A stretch of 64,000 bases of DNA from Dictyostelium discoideum (GCA_000004695.1 CM000150.2:1280001-1344000); one strand, 5' to 3'. Positions 19,500-33,118 are shown, counted from the stretch's first letter. Notes: generated by a model from the letters alone, not told the origin. Made by a program: numbers and translations.

Positions 19500-19853
19500 T
19501 TTTTTTTTATTAGGTGGTTTGATTATAAAAAAAGGATTTTATTTTTTTTTTTTTTTTTTTTTACAGCATATTATTTTTACACATCATCAAATGAAAAAAA
19601 AAATAAAAATAAAAAATAAATAAAAAAAAAATTTAAAAAAATCTTTTATCGAAAATAGGTTTTATTGTAATCTTTTAGTTTCGGTATGGATATTTTTGAA
19701 ATTATCTAGATTAAATATGATTTTCGAAAAAAAAATGAAAAAAATATCTTTTTTCAAAAAAATTATCTTATATTTTGAATAAAATATCATTTTTCATTTA
19801 AAGATATTTTTAATAAAACTCCCCAATATTTTTAAAAGACTTGAACAAAAAAT

Positions 19854-19891
<38 letters not shown>

Positions 19892-20057
19892 CATATTATC
19901 ATTTTGAAATGTTATAATAATGGGTATACCCATTATTATTTAATTTCTATTTTTTTTTTTTTTTTCACAATTAATTTCAAAATAGTATAATATCCTTTTG
20001 ATAATTAAATATCGTTCACAATGGTGGTTTATTTAATTTGGCTATATAAAATTTTTT

Positions 20058-20092
<35 letters not shown>

Positions 20093-20294
20093 GGAGCACG
20101 TTACTATTTATTTTTTTTATTTTTTTTTTTATTTTTATTTTGGTAAATTCCTTTAAAAGAAGATTTTTTTATTTTTTTGTATTAAAAACATAAGAAAATT
20201 CAAAAAAAAAAAAAAAATGAATGGTTTAACTAATCAAATCCCTTCATTTTTAAATATCAAATCTCTTGTTCTATTTTAGGAATTTATTTTTTAT

Positions 20295-20348
<54 letters not shown>

Positions 20349-20426
20349 ATTATTGTATAAAATTTAGTATAATAAATTTTAATTTTTTTTTTATATTTTT
20401 AATTATATTAATACAAACTAATACAT

Positions 20427-20459
<33 letters not shown>

Positions 20460-20892
20460 TTATTATTTAATAAAGAAATCAAGATATACCCACATATTTT
20501 TATCCTTTTTTTTTTATTTATTTTTTATTTTTTTTTTAATTTTAATATTATTTTTGGAAAACTTTTTTTTTTTTTGTCAATGTTCACAAAATAAACCAAT
20601 CCATTGTATCACAATAAAATATATCTCTCTCTCTCTCTCTCTTTTGTCTTAAAATGATATGACTTTCAATTTTTTTCTTGTTGTCGACATCATACATATA
20701 ACCAATATTTTTAAATATTTAAAAAATCCAGTGAATTTTTAAATTAAAGATAAAAAAAGAAATTGAAACTTTTTTTTTTTTACAGTATAAAAATTATCCA
20801 TTGGAAATCTGCATAAATTCAAAAATTATTATTATATAAATTTAATTATATCATATCTTTTTGTTTTAAAAATATTTTACATACAAAAAAAA

Positions 20893-20970
20893 AAAAAAAC
20901 AAACACATACTCACACTCACACACACACTCACACACACACACACATACTAACACACTTTCACCCTCAAAA
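20893..20970. promoter_or_regulatory. CA-rich element (ACACTCACACACACACTCACACACACACACACATAC...) with a (TC)9 run at 20624-20643 and CATTCA/CACTCA repeats at 21160-21200, in the 2.1-kb divergent intergenic region between the LRR-EGF gene and the cyclin-like gene
   Basis: It is unusually C-containing for Dictyostelium intergenic DNA. CA/GT-rich (CAE/G-box-type) elements are established GBF-type developmental cis-elements in this genus. Confidence 0.4.
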
Positions 20971-21419
20971 ACCACTTATTTATCCATAAGATCTATGGTG
21001 GTTTTTTTTTTCTCTTTTATTTAATAATTTTTTTTTTAATTTTTCACATTTGTTCAAATTCAAAATAATTTTCAAACAAATACACGCGCACACAAGCAGT
21101 AAATATCGTTGTCAAACACTTTTTAATATGTTTACCAATTCACTCCAATAAAAATCTGTATTACACTCATTCATTCACTCATTCAACTCATCTATTTGTA
21201 TAGTATTTTTTTTTTTTTTTATTTTTAATTTTTTTAAGTATACCATTTAATTTATTTTTTTAAACTACCCACATTTATTTATTGTTATTTTTTTTTTATT
21301 TCCTTTTTTTTTTTTTTCCTTTTTTTTTTTTTTTATTTTGTATAAATAGAATTATTTAATTGGTTTTATTTTAATAATAAAAAAAATAATAAAAATAATA
21401 ATAATAATAAAAAAAAAAA

Positions 21420-21451
<32 letters not shown>

Positions 21452-21595
21452 TAGTAAAATTAAAATTTAAAATAAATAATTATTTTTTTTAATCTTCAAA
21501 AATAATTAAATTAAAAAATTTTAAAAAAAAAAATTAAAAAATAAATTAAATCAAAAAAAAAAAAAAATAATATATTTATTTAATTATCTCTAAAA

Positions 21596-22484
21596 ATGAA
21601 CAATTCAATGACAACTACAATTAATAAATTAAATAACTTAAATATTAATAGTTATAAAGTTATCCTAAATAATAGTAATAATAATATTAATAATAATTAT
21701 TATAATAATTATAATAATAATAATAATAATAATAATATGATACCATCTGATCAAATGAAAAAAAAGTATCCATATCTTTCACAATATTTTCCATCAACAT
21801 GTGATGCTTTGGTTAAAAAAGTGTGTAGTTGGGTAATTGATCAAAAACAAAAAAATACATGTCGAGGTGTTTCCACTCCATCTTGTAAAATCTTATCAAA
21901 TAATAATATGGAAACTGGAGTTTCTGAAATTTTAGAAACTATATTAACTTATATAGTTGATGATTTAAAAGAAAATGAATACCTTTTATTGGTATCTTTA
22001 TATTTCGCTGATAAATATGTAAATAAAGCTGGTGTAAGACAATCTCAAATTTTATGGTTAATTTTAATAAGGTAAAATATATTTAAAAATAAAATAAAAT
22101 AAAATAAAATAAAATAATATAAAATAAAATAAAATATTATATTATATTATTATTATAATTATTCAAATGACTAATTATTTTATTTTTTTTTTTTTTTTTT
22201 ATAAATAGTTGTATAGTATCTTTTAAAATGTATTCCGATTCAAATAAAATTCAAACAAAAAAGATTGAAAAAAGATTTTCAATTGACATTAAAGATAATA
22301 TAATTGGTAAAATTGAAGTTCAATTTCTTTCAAATATAGATTATAACTTGTATATTGATGAAAAAACAATAACATCATTTATTACTTGTTTATTTATTGA
22401 CTATAAAATTAATTGTCAAACAAATTTAGATTTAATTCAATCAATTTTATCCCAAATTCAAAGTGTTATTAAAACTACCGATTG

Positions 22485-22485
<1 letters not shown>
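21596..22485 (+). CDS. Cyclin-like protein (PHO80/Pcl-type cyclin fold, tentative), 2 exons: join(21596..22071,22209..22485)
   Basis: An N/Y-rich N-terminus is followed by a conserved core (...EILETILTYIVDDLKENEYLLLVSLYFADKYVNKAGVRQSQILWLILI | SCIVSFKMYSDSNKIQTKKIEKRFSIDIKDNIIGKIEVQFLSNIDYNLYIDEKTITSF...) that resembles the Pho85-cyclin N-terminal cyclin box. The GTAAAA donor at 22072 and the AG acceptor at 22207-22208 keep the frame. Confidence 0.45.
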
Positions 22486-22526
<41 letters not shown>

Positions 22527-22573
22527 GTAAATATAAAAAAAAAATTTGTATAGATAACAAATATTTAAAAAAA

Positions 22574-22605
<32 letters not shown>

Positions 22606-22704
22606 TAAAAAAAAAATTGTATATTATAATATTAACTATTATATTAATATTATTTTTTATTAATTTTTATTAATATATATATTCATTTTTCTAAATAAAT
22701 TTAA

Positions 22705-22970
22705 TTAAAATGAATATTCTTTATTTGAATAAAAAGAAGGTTGAGAAGTTGATCTTGAAACAATCTTTCTTCTACCAATATTGAATTTACATTGATTATT
22801 ATTATTATTACTATTATTATTACTATTATTAATTTTTATCGAACTATTTACAATATTATTATTATAAAAACTATTACCATTACCAGTAAAGTCTTCATCA
22901 TCATATTTTTCTTCTATTATACAGCATTCATTGAAATTAACTACAAAATTAATTTCAGTTTCGGTTTTAA

Positions 22971-23067
<97 letters not shown>

Positions 23068-23853
23068 ATAATAATTATTATAAATATTATTATTATTATT
23101 GTTACAATTATTATTATTACATTGACTATTTACAGAATTAATATTATTATAATTATTATTTATATTATTATTATTATTATTATTATTAAAATTATTTTTA
23201 TATATATTAAAATAAATTGAAAGATCAGGTGAACTAATGTATCTTTCTCTTTGATTTATATATGATTCATGAAGATGTGGTTGAGAAGGTAATTCTTCTT
23301 TAATAGAAGGGAGATATGAATTATTATTATTACAATTTGTTTCAAATGTAATAAATGATTCTGGTTGATTAATTTCAATTGTTTGTTGAGCAATTTCATA
23401 AATTGGTTGTTTTGATAATTGTAATTCTTGTTCAAATTTAATTTGTTGTTGTTGTAATTCAATTTCTTGTTCTTTAATTAAATTTAAATATTGTTCAATT
23501 TTTGAATCAAGTTGTTGAAATTTACATGGTTTAAAGAGATGATCATCCATACCGGCTTCAATACATTCTTGTCTTTCAACAGTTGTTAAACCAATAATTG
23601 GTGTTTTAATTCTTAATGATTGTTGCATTTCTCTAATGATTTTAGTTGCTTCTTTACCGCCCATAATTGGCATATTGACATCCATTAAAATTATATCATA
23701 TTTATTATTTTCAACGGCATTTACAGCTTGTAATCCATTTTCTGCCAATGTAATTTTATGTCCCAATTTCTTTAAAAATTTTGATGCTATTATTCTATTT
23801 AATGGATCATCTTCAACTACTAATATATTTGCACATTTATTAATTGTATTCAT
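22705..23853 (-). CDS. Stand-alone two-component response regulator: N-terminal receiver (REC) domain followed by a Q/N-rich low-complexity C-terminal region. Single exon, 382 aa.
   Basis: The REC domain keeps every catalytic position. The acidic pocket is ILVVEDDPLNR, the phospho-acceptor Asp is in IILMDVNMPIMGG, Thr is in IGLTT, and Lys is in HLFKP. The C-terminal half is poly-N/Q with scattered Cys and no output domain I can recognise. Confidence 0.8.
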
Positions 23854-24175
23854 TTTATTATTATTTTATTTTTTGAAAAAAAAAAAAAAAAATATTTTAT
23901 TTATTATTTTTTTTTTTTTTTATTATTTTTTTTTTTTTTTTTATTATTTTTATTATTATTTGTATAAATAAATAAATTTATTATTGGGGAAAAAAATTAA
24001 ATAATTAAATAAATAAATAATTTTTTTTTTTTTTTTTTATATTGGGTTATTTTTTTTTTTTTTTTTTTTTTTTTTGTGAATGTAATTATTTTTATTATTA
24101 TTATTATTATTATTTTTATTATTTTTATTATTTTTATTTTTTATTTTTTTTATTTTTATTAATAAAATTAAATGA

Positions 24176-24290
24176 TTGAGTGCGTGTGTGATGTGTATAT
24201 GTGATATTTGGAAAAAATAGTGTGAAAAAAATGGGATTGTGTGTTATTTTTATTTATTTGGGTGTTGATGTTATGCGTGGGGTTTATTTT
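24176..24290. promoter_or_regulatory. Cluster of G-box/GT-rich motifs (GTGCGTGTGTGATGTGT, GGGATTGTGTGTT, TGGGTGTTG, GCGTGGGG) 320-440 bp upstream of the REC-domain gene start
   Basis: TGTGTG/GGGTG-type G-boxes resemble GBF-binding sites of post-aggregative Dictyostelium promoters. Their position relative to ATG 23853 fits a promoter. Confidence 0.35.
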
Positions 24291-26694
24291 TTTTATTTTT
24301 TTTTTATTTTTATTTATTTTTTATTATTATTTTTTTTTTTTTGATTTTATTATAAATTGGTGGTTGTACAATAATTTATTGGAAGTGATTGACGATGATG
24401 AAGATGATGATGTGATGTATGTTTTGTTTTTTATTATAATGCTATAAATAAAAAAAGGAATATTTTACTTTTTAAGAAATTTAAAAAATAATAAAATAAA
24501 ATAAAATAAAATAAAATAAAATAAAAATATTTTAATTAATTAATTTTTTAAATAAAAAAAATAATTAATTATTATAATAGTTATTTTTAGTGAGAGTGAG
24601 TGAGAGTAGAGGAGAGTAAATGATGATTATTAAAAAAAGTTTTCAAATTTGTCTTTTTTTTTTATTTGTTATTTTTATTATTTATTAAAATGAATTATTA
24701 ATTTCTAAATTTAAAAAAAAAAAAAAAAAAATTATTAAATAGTTAGTTTTTAATTTTTTTTATTTTATTTTATTTTTTTTTTTTTTTTTAAAAAAAAAAA
24801 AATGATGAAGAGAGAATTTTTTGGATTTGGTTTTTTGAATTAATTAACAAAAAAAAAAAAAAAAAAAAGAGATTAAATTATTTGATTTATAAACAAAACA
24901 AACACTCGATGTTAACATAAAAACAAAAATAAAAAATTAGAATGATCATTAATTTTAATTCCAAAAATTATTTTGAAAAAAAAAAAAAAAAAGGAAGGTG
25001 ATGATATTGAAAATGCTCGGTAGTGCCCCTAAAAAACTTGGAATTATTTAAATATCTAAAAAATGAGACACAAAAATAATTAGATTCTCTTTTTAGAGAA
25101 TCGTGTGTGTTGATTTTTACTAATAATGTGAATATAATTTCTTTTTTTTTTTTTTTATTATTATAAATCAATGGATTTTATTGGGTGTGTGGGTTATTTT
25201 TTTTTTTTTTTTTTTTTTTATTATTTTTTTCATGGAATTGAGATATTATTATAATTATTATTTTTTTTTTTTTTTTTTTTTAAAAGTTACTTCAAGTTTG
25301 AATAAGTAAATGAAAAAATATAAATTAAGGTGGTAATTGTGTGAGAGGTAGAGTATGATTTTGATTTAAAATAAAAAAATGATTTTATCATAATAAAAAA
25401 AAAATAATAATAAAGAAAAAAAAAAATCTAAAATGAATTGGATTTTGTGTGTGTTTTGATGTTAAAAAAAAAAAAAAAAAAAAATATTTTTCGTTGTATT
25501 TTTAAATCCTAAAAAAAATTTCTTTAAAAATAGGAAATATAAATCTCTTTTTATGGCTACAGTGATGTTGTTATTGAATTTACTTTTTTTTTTTTTTTTT
25601 TGATTTTAATTTTTTCTATTTTTTTTTTTTTTTTTTTTGTTTTCTTCAAAATTGGATCATTTATTTTTATATCGACATTAATGATCAACCCCTTTATGCT
25701 AAAAACTATATAGTTTTTGATAAAAAAGAAAAAAAAAAAAAAAAAAATTTAAAAATAAAAAAAAAAAAGATTTTTTTGATTTAAAAATAATTATTAAATA
25801 ATAAACGTTTAAAAAAAAAAAAAAAAAAAAAACAATTGTATAATTTAAATTTTTTTTTTTTTTTTTTAATGTTTTGTTTAAACCATTATTTTATTTTTTT
25901 TATTTAAAATTTATTTTTTCTATTTTTTTTTTTTAAACTACCCAAACATCTAAGACAGTGTGAGGTTTAAGATGTGGTGAAAAAGAGAGAGGGTTATACT
26001 AGTTTTTTACCACAATAAAACATGATTTTTTGTTTCATTTTCAAAAAACTCTTTAAATTTTAAAAGTTGAAATTGATTGAGATTAAAGTTTGTGATAATA
26101 AAAAAAAAAAAAATAAAAAAAATTAAAAAATCAAAACACTAAATCAAAAAAAAAAAAAATAAAAACACACACTACATCAAAAAAAAAAAAAAAAAAAAAA
26201 AAGATTTTTGTGTTGGCAACATTAACTAAAAACAATAAAAAAAAAAAACATGATTTTGATTTTTATAGTGCAAAAATTTATTTAATAAGACAGATATTGT
26301 CAATATCTATAAAAAGAACCGCCTAATTCATTTCATGTCACTATTTCTTAATATAGATATAAATAATTTTTTGAGGGAATTCAAAAAAAAATAAAAAAAC
26401 CATCAAAAAATAAAAATTTAACATTTTATTTTTTTTTTTATTTTTTTATTTTTTTTTTTTATTTTTTTTATTTTTTATTTTTTTTTTTTAATTTAATAGA
26501 TCATTCAAAGTTAATGTTTCAGTTTTATTTTAAATTTTTAAATATCTAATATTCAGTTTGGAGTGTTAAATATAATCTATAATTTTTATAATGGTTTATT
26601 TTATGCGACCCTTCTATTATTTCGTTTTTAAAAAATAGCTTTTTTTTTTTTTTTTATTATCACAAATACATATTTTAATACCCATATTATTTTA

Positions 26695-26732
<38 letters not shown>

Positions 26733-26793
26733 CTATTAAAAATAAGTTATATAAAACTTTATAAATGGTGCACGGCAAAACAATTCTGATTAT

Positions 26794-26824
<31 letters not shown>

Positions 26825-27842
26825 GGAACTATTAAAATAAATTATTATTATTTTTTTTTTTTTTTTTTTTTTATTTTTATTTTTAAAAAAAAATTGAACT
26901 TTTGGTAATGGAATTTAAAATTTGAGTTCTTTTAAATTTCAAAAAAAAACCTTCTGATACTATTGGAATTACTTTTTAATAAATTGAAAACTTTTATAAT
27001 ATTTCTTCAAAAACTGAAATTGTTTTCTCTTTTATTCCGAAATTTGAAATCAATAACAATAAATTTATTTTTTGATAATTTTTATTATAAATGACAATTT
27101 AATTTTAATTTTAATTTTATTTTTTTTTATTTTTTTTTTTTGGAAAATTAATCTTTTTATCAAAATTCGTATACTTGTGTGACACTTGATTTTCTATTCA
27201 TGGTGATGAAAAAAAAAAAAATAAAAAAATAAAAAAAATAATAATATAATATATTAAAAAAAAATATAAAAAAAATTATTAAAAGGAGATTGATAATTTT
27301 AATTTTAATTTAATTTTTTATTTTATTTTTTTTTTTTTTTTTTTTTAATAATAAAATGGAAAAAAAAAAAATAATTGATATGATTATAAAATAATTTTAA
27401 TTTTTTTTTTTTTTTAACCAATTAAATAATTTATTAAAATATTTTAGTAGTTTGAAAAAAGTCCAATGATATTTTTCAATTAAAATCATTCAAAGAATTA
27501 TAGGAACAACAATTAAAATATATTTTTTATTTTTATATTTTTATATTTTTAAAATGGGGTGTTTGATATGTTTAATATATGAAATTTTTAAAAAAAAAAA
27601 AAATTAATATATATGAAACTTCACAAAATTTGCTGGTTTTTTTTTTGATTTTAAATAATATTGTTTTTGAATTTTTTTGATTTTTTTGATTTAATTTTTT
27701 TTTTTCTGGAAATCAAAAAAAAAAATTTTTGGTGATCAGGAGTGTGAGATTTATAAATTAATTTTGTAAAATAACTAGTTTAATCAAATTTAATATTTTG
27801 ATCTATATTAAACTACAAAATTGGAAATGAAATTGATTGACG

Positions 27843-27895
<53 letters not shown>

Positions 27896-28295
27896 AATAA
27901 CAATTATGTTTAATTAAAATTATTTAATTTAAAGTTTAATTAAGATAAAATCGAATTTTAAAAATTATTCTTTATAAAAAAAAAAAAAATTATTTAATAA
28001 ATAAATAAATAATTAAAAATATATTAATATAACTTTTTTTTTTTTTTTTTTTACCAAAAAAAGTTATAATTTTTTTTTTTTTTTTTTTTTATTTAATTAT
28101 TATTTCTAAAATTTCTTTAAGTTTTTTTCCTAAAATGTAAATTCTTTTTTTTTTTTTTTTTTATATTTTTATTTTCTTTTTTTTTTGAATTAATTAAAAA
28201 TTTATTTTTTTTTATTTTTTTTTATTTTTACACAAATTTTTTTTTTTTTTTTTTATTTTTTTTAATTTTTAATTTTTTTTGAATTAATTTTAATA

Positions 28296-30389
28296 ATGAA
28301 TAAATTTAGTAGAGAAGCTGGAGAAGTTGTATTATTAAGAGCAATTACAAAATATTCATCACAACAAGGTACATTATTTTTTACAAGTTTAAGATTAGTA
28401 TGGGTACAAAGTGGATATAGTGAACCAAGTTTACATTTACATATTTCAGAGATTAAAAATCAATTCATTAGTACACCAAAGAGTGCTAAAGCGTTATTAC
28501 GTTTATCAGTACGTGATAGTATAAAGAATGCACTTCAAGAGTTTGTATTTGAATTTACACATCCAACCAATGCAAGATCAGATCTCAATAGTTTTAGAGA
28601 TAAAATAGCGGCAACTGCAAATTTAACAGCACCAACTCTACCAGTGTCAGCCTCCAATGGATCAAATACAACCTCACCAACAAATGGTACATCACCAATA
28701 AATGGTACATCACCAACTATGACTGGTTTAAAAGTGAATCCTGACGGTACAATTACCAATGACCCATTATCATCACAACCAGCACAAGTCGAAGAAAAAG
28801 CGGAAACTAAATATTTATCAAAATTAAAACAACCATCATTATCAGAACAACAAATTAAACAACGTGTTATACTATTACAATCTAATAAAGAGTTGAGAGA
28901 GCTCTATGAACAAATGGTAAATAAAGATAGAGTTATCAGTGAATCTGATTTTTGGGAATCACGTAAATCAATGTTAAAAAATGACTCTACAAGATCAGAG
29001 AAACAACATACTGGTATGCCAAGTAATCTATTAGCAGATGTCAGACCATCCTCTGAAACACCAAATGCAGTACACTATAGATTCACTCCAACTGTAATTC
29101 ATCAAATTTTCATTCAACATCCATCAGTTGAAAAAGCATACAAAGCAAATGTACCCTTAAAAATATCAGAACAAAACTTTTGGAAGAAATATGTTCAATC
29201 AAAATACTTCTATCGTGATCGTTCATCTGCAAATGCACCACCAGTTGATGATGATCTATTTTCAAAGTATGAAACTGATGAACAAAATAAAATTAGAATT
29301 TTAAAAAGAAAACTTATAGATATCAATCCATTGGTTGATTTATCTTCAACTGATGGTTTTGATACTGATGTTCATAGTGGCTATGGTGTATTATTAGATC
29401 AATCTCAAGATCCAAATAAATTAGAAAAAGCATTACCATTATTACGTAAATTTAATAGACATTCTGCTTTAGTTTTAGGTTCAAAAGATTTATTAACAAA
29501 TAATTCAATTAATATTGAAAAAGATCAAAAAAATTTAAAAAAAACTAAAAAAGATGAAAATTCAACATCAACACCAACAACAACAACAACAACAACAAAT
29601 ACTACTAATACTACCAATACTACTACTACTACTACTACAAATAATACTACAATAAAAGATCCAAATTTATATAATGGAGATGATGAAGAAAATATAAGTG
29701 TTGAACAAATGGAAAAAATTTTAGAAAATCATAAAAAATTAGTAAATCAACATATTATAATTGATGATTTACAAGAAGAGAATTCTCAAACTTTAACACT
29801 TTTAAAAATTTCAGATCAAAAACGTTATTTTGAAGGTCATTCAACAAATAATATTCTAAGTGATAAAGAGAAATCACAATTAATTGATATACTTGATTTT
29901 GATTATAAAAATTGGCAACCAAATTTACCTCAAGTATTTTATCAAACTCATTCATCATCATCAATATTACAAGAACCAAATATATCAGTTCATTCAGAAA
30001 TATTTGAACCATATAATAAAGCAGCTATAAATTCAAAAGAAGAATATAATTTACCAGAATCCTCATTTAAGAGAGATTTATTTCAATCATTTCATCATTG
30101 TAATGAATTATTAAGACATTTTTGGGCAACAACTTTTACTTTAGGTAGAGGTGCTCCACCAACTTCACAACAAATCGATAAAAATAATAAAATATCCTCT
30201 GCAATAGCTTTACAATATGATAAAATTGAAGAAAAAAAGAAAATGTTAATTAGTCAAAATAAAGTTAACCAATCTTCATTATTCACTCCAATTTTAGAAT
30301 CACTTCATAAAGCAATTGAAAAGAAAGAATCTCAAACTAATCAATATACTTTTAAAAATAATAATAATAATTTTCATACAATTTCTTAA
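28296..30389 (+). CDS. gtf2h1: General transcription factor IIH subunit 1 (TFIIH p62 / Tfb1), single exon, 697 aa
   Basis: The N-terminal PH-like domain reads GEVVLLRAITKYSSQQGTLFFTSLRLVW. Two BSD-domain signatures follow (…FIQHPSVEKAYKANVP..., ...SEQNFWKKYVQSKYFYRDR...). The order PH then BSD1/BSD2 then C-terminal helical region matches p62/Tfb1. Confidence 0.75.
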   Translation: MNKFSREAGEVVLLRAITKYSSQQGTLFFTSLRLVWVQSGYSEPSLHLHISEIKNQFISTPKSAKALLRLSVRDSIKNALQEFVFEFTHPTNARSDLNSFRDKIAATANLTAPTLPVSASNGSNTTSPTNGTSPINGTSPTMTGLKVNPDGTITNDPLSSQPAQVEEKAETKYLSKLKQPSLSEQQIKQRVILLQSNKELRELYEQMVNKDRVISESDFWESRKSMLKNDSTRSEKQHTGMPSNLLADVRPSSETPNAVHYRFTPTVIHQIFIQHPSVEKAYKANVPLKISEQNFWKKYVQSKYFYRDRSSANAPPVDDDLFSKYETDEQNKIRILKRKLIDINPLVDLSSTDGFDTDVHSGYGVLLDQSQDPNKLEKALPLLRKFNRHSALVLGSKDLLTNNSINIEKDQKNLKKTKKDENSTSTPTTTTTTTNTTNTTNTTTTTTTNNTTIKDPNLYNGDDEENISVEQMEKILENHKKLVNQHIIIDDLQEENSQTLTLLKISDQKRYFEGHSTNNILSDKEKSQLIDILDFDYKNWQPNLPQVFYQTHSSSSILQEPNISVHSEIFEPYNKAAINSKEEYNLPESSFKRDLFQSFHHCNELLRHFWATTFTLGRGAPPTSQQIDKNNKISSAIALQYDKIEEKKKMLISQNKVNQSSLFTPILESLHKAIEKKESQTNQYTFKNNNNNFHTIS

Positions 30390-30838
30390 TTAAATTCTAA
30401 AAATAAAATTTTTGGTTAGAAAAAAAAAAGAAAAAAAAAAACTAAGTCATTGAATTGCAACTTTCTTTCGTTAAACCTAAATTTTTGTTTTTTTCAAACG
30501 TCAGCCTATTCAAGTTTTTTTTTATTTTTTTTTATTTTTTTTTTTATTTTTTATTTTTTTTAATTTTTTTTTTTAAAATTTTTATTTTTAATTTTTTTTT
30601 TTTTTCATTTATATTTTTAATTTTCAAAAAAAAAAAAAAAAAAAAAAAAAAGGTTGTTGTTTGTGTGTATATAAATCGAATTGTGCAGCTATCACATTAG
30701 TTGTTAAAAAAAAAAAATAACAATAATAATAATAATAATAATAAATAATTAATAGTAAATAAATAAATAAATAAATAATCAACATTATAGAAAAATAAAA
30801 ATAAAACACGCCTTATTATAAAAAATAAAAAATAAAAA

Positions 30839-33112
30839 ATGAAAATAAATAAAAAACAAATTGTTTTTTTCATTTTATTTAGTATATTTTTAAATCATGT
30901 TAATGGTATTTTTTATTTACCGGGTATGATTCCACATGATTTTGCTCAAGGTGAAGAAGGAGCAATCAAAGTTAATAAAATTACATCTGTCCACACTCAA
31001 ATCCCTTACAAATATTATCAATTACCAGGTGTTTGTCAACCAAAAGAAGGTATCATTGATGACACTGAAAATTTAGGTGAAATTTTATTAGGTGATCGTA
31101 TTGAAAATTCAGATTATACTGTAAGTAATAAATTAATTTTTTATTTTTTTTATTTTTATTTTTTTTTTTTTTAATTAGGGGGTAAATAATAATTTAAGAA
31201 ATCAAAATTTTGTTCGTCATTGCATTTTTTTTTTTTTTTTTTTTTTTTTCTATGTGTTGACTTTTTTTTTTTTTTTTATTTTTTTTTTTTTTTTTTTCAA
31301 AATTTTTTTTTTCACCAAATAATTTTCTTTTACTTTTTCCTTTTCCTTCTTTTTATATCCATATTTTTTTTTTTTTTATTTCTTAATTCATTATTTTATT
31401 TTATTTATTTTTTATTTTTTTAAAAAAATTAATACTAAATAATTTTTTTTTTTTTAATTTTTTTTTTTTTTTAGTTTAACTTTTTAACTGATGGTGGTAA
31501 ATGTAAAGTTATAAATTCAGAATCATGTAGTCCAATTATTAAAAAAGAAGATTTAAAAGTTTTAGAAGATAGAATTCAAAATCAATATAGAGTTCATTGG
31601 TTATTAGATGGTTTACCAGTTCGTCAAACTGGAAGATTAGCATCAGATCCAGGTTTTGATTTAGGTTTTATGACACTTGCAGAAGGTCAAACAGTTGCAA
31701 CAGCAGAGAAATATTTAAATAATCATTTAGAGATTACCATTTTCTATCATAGTAATCCAACAGATAATACATCAAGAATAGTTGGATTTGAAATATTCCC
31801 AACATCAAGACAATATAAAAAAGTTGAAAATTGGAAAGGCGACACAGGCGATGATTGTCCTCAATATGGCGAAAACTTTGAACAATTGTCAGTATCAGTT
31901 AAAGAGGGTGAAGATCAAGAACGTTTTGTTCTATGGACTTATGAGGTCAAATACACACCTTCTCCAGTACTCTGGAACAAACGTTGGGATATCTACTTTG
32001 AGTCCAATGACAACAGTGTTCATTGGTTCTCCATTTTGAATTCATTGATGATTGTATTCATCTTGACCGTTATGGTTGCAATGATTATCATCAGAACTTT
32101 AAAGAAGGACATTCGTCGTTACACATCCATCGACACATCAGAGGATCGTGATTCACAAGAGGAGACCGGCTGGAAGATGATCCATGGCGATGTTTTCCGT
32201 CCACCATCACATCCAATGCTATTATCAGTTTGCATTGGTAGTGGTGTTCAAATCTTTTCAATGACTCTCATCACTATGATCTTTGCTGTATTGGGTTTCC
32301 TCTCACCAGCAAATATTGGTGGTTTGGCAACTGCCCTCATCGTTTTATTCGTACTTAGTGCAATGTTTGCTGGCTACTTTTCAACTCGTGTATTCACAAT
32401 TTTCAAGGGTAGAAATTGGAAAAAGAATACCATTTACACCGCTCTCTCAATGCCTGGTATTATCTTTGGCATTTTCTTCTTTGTAAACATGTTTTTACGT
32501 GGTGCCAAGTCCTCTGCCGCCGTGCCATTTGGAACTTTTGCTTCAATCATTGCAATGTGGTTTGGTATCTCCGTGCCATTGGTCTTCTTGGGCAGTTATT
32601 TCGCCTCAAAGAAACCAGTGCCAGAGGATCCAGTTAGAACCAACCAAATCCCACGTCAAGTTCCAGACCAAATTTGGTATATGAATCCTTATCTCTCCAT
32701 TTTAATGGGTGGTATTTTACCATTTGGTGCTGTCTTTATCGAACTTCATTTCATTCTCACCTCACTTTGGGATAATCAATTCTACTATATCTTTGGTTTC
32801 CTTTTCATCGTTTTAATGATCTTAATTGTAACTTCCGCTGAAATCTCAATCGTTATGTGTTATTTCCAATTATGCGCTGAAGATCATCATTGGTGGTGGA
32901 GATCCTTCTTAACCGCTGGTAGCTCTTCTCTTTACATGTTTATCTACTCTGTTAGTTTCTTCCGTTATTTAGGTATCACAAAATTCATCTCATCTTTATT
33001 GGATTTCTCTTATTCTTTCATTATGTCTTTAGCTTTTGCTGCTTTAACTGGTACAATTGGTTTTTATTCTTGTTACTTTTTAGTTAGAAAAATTTATAGT
33101 TCCATTCATATT

Positions 33113-33118
<6 letters not shown>
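30839..33118 (+). CDS. phg1A: Transmembrane 9 superfamily protein (nonaspanin / Phg1 family, TM9SF4-like), 2 exons: join(30839..31120,31475..33118), 641 codons
   Basis: A signal peptide is followed by FYLPGMIPHDF...HTQIPYKYYQLPGVCQP...ENLGEILLGDRIENSDYT, a GTAAGT donor and the acceptor at 31473-31474, then FNFLTDGGKCKV.... The large lumenal domain is followed by nine TM helices and the C-terminus ...GTIGFYSCYFLVRKIYSSIHIN, which matches the TM9SF consensus. The symbol comes from a 641-aa length match and TM9SF4-like motifs and is not certain. Confidence 0.85.
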
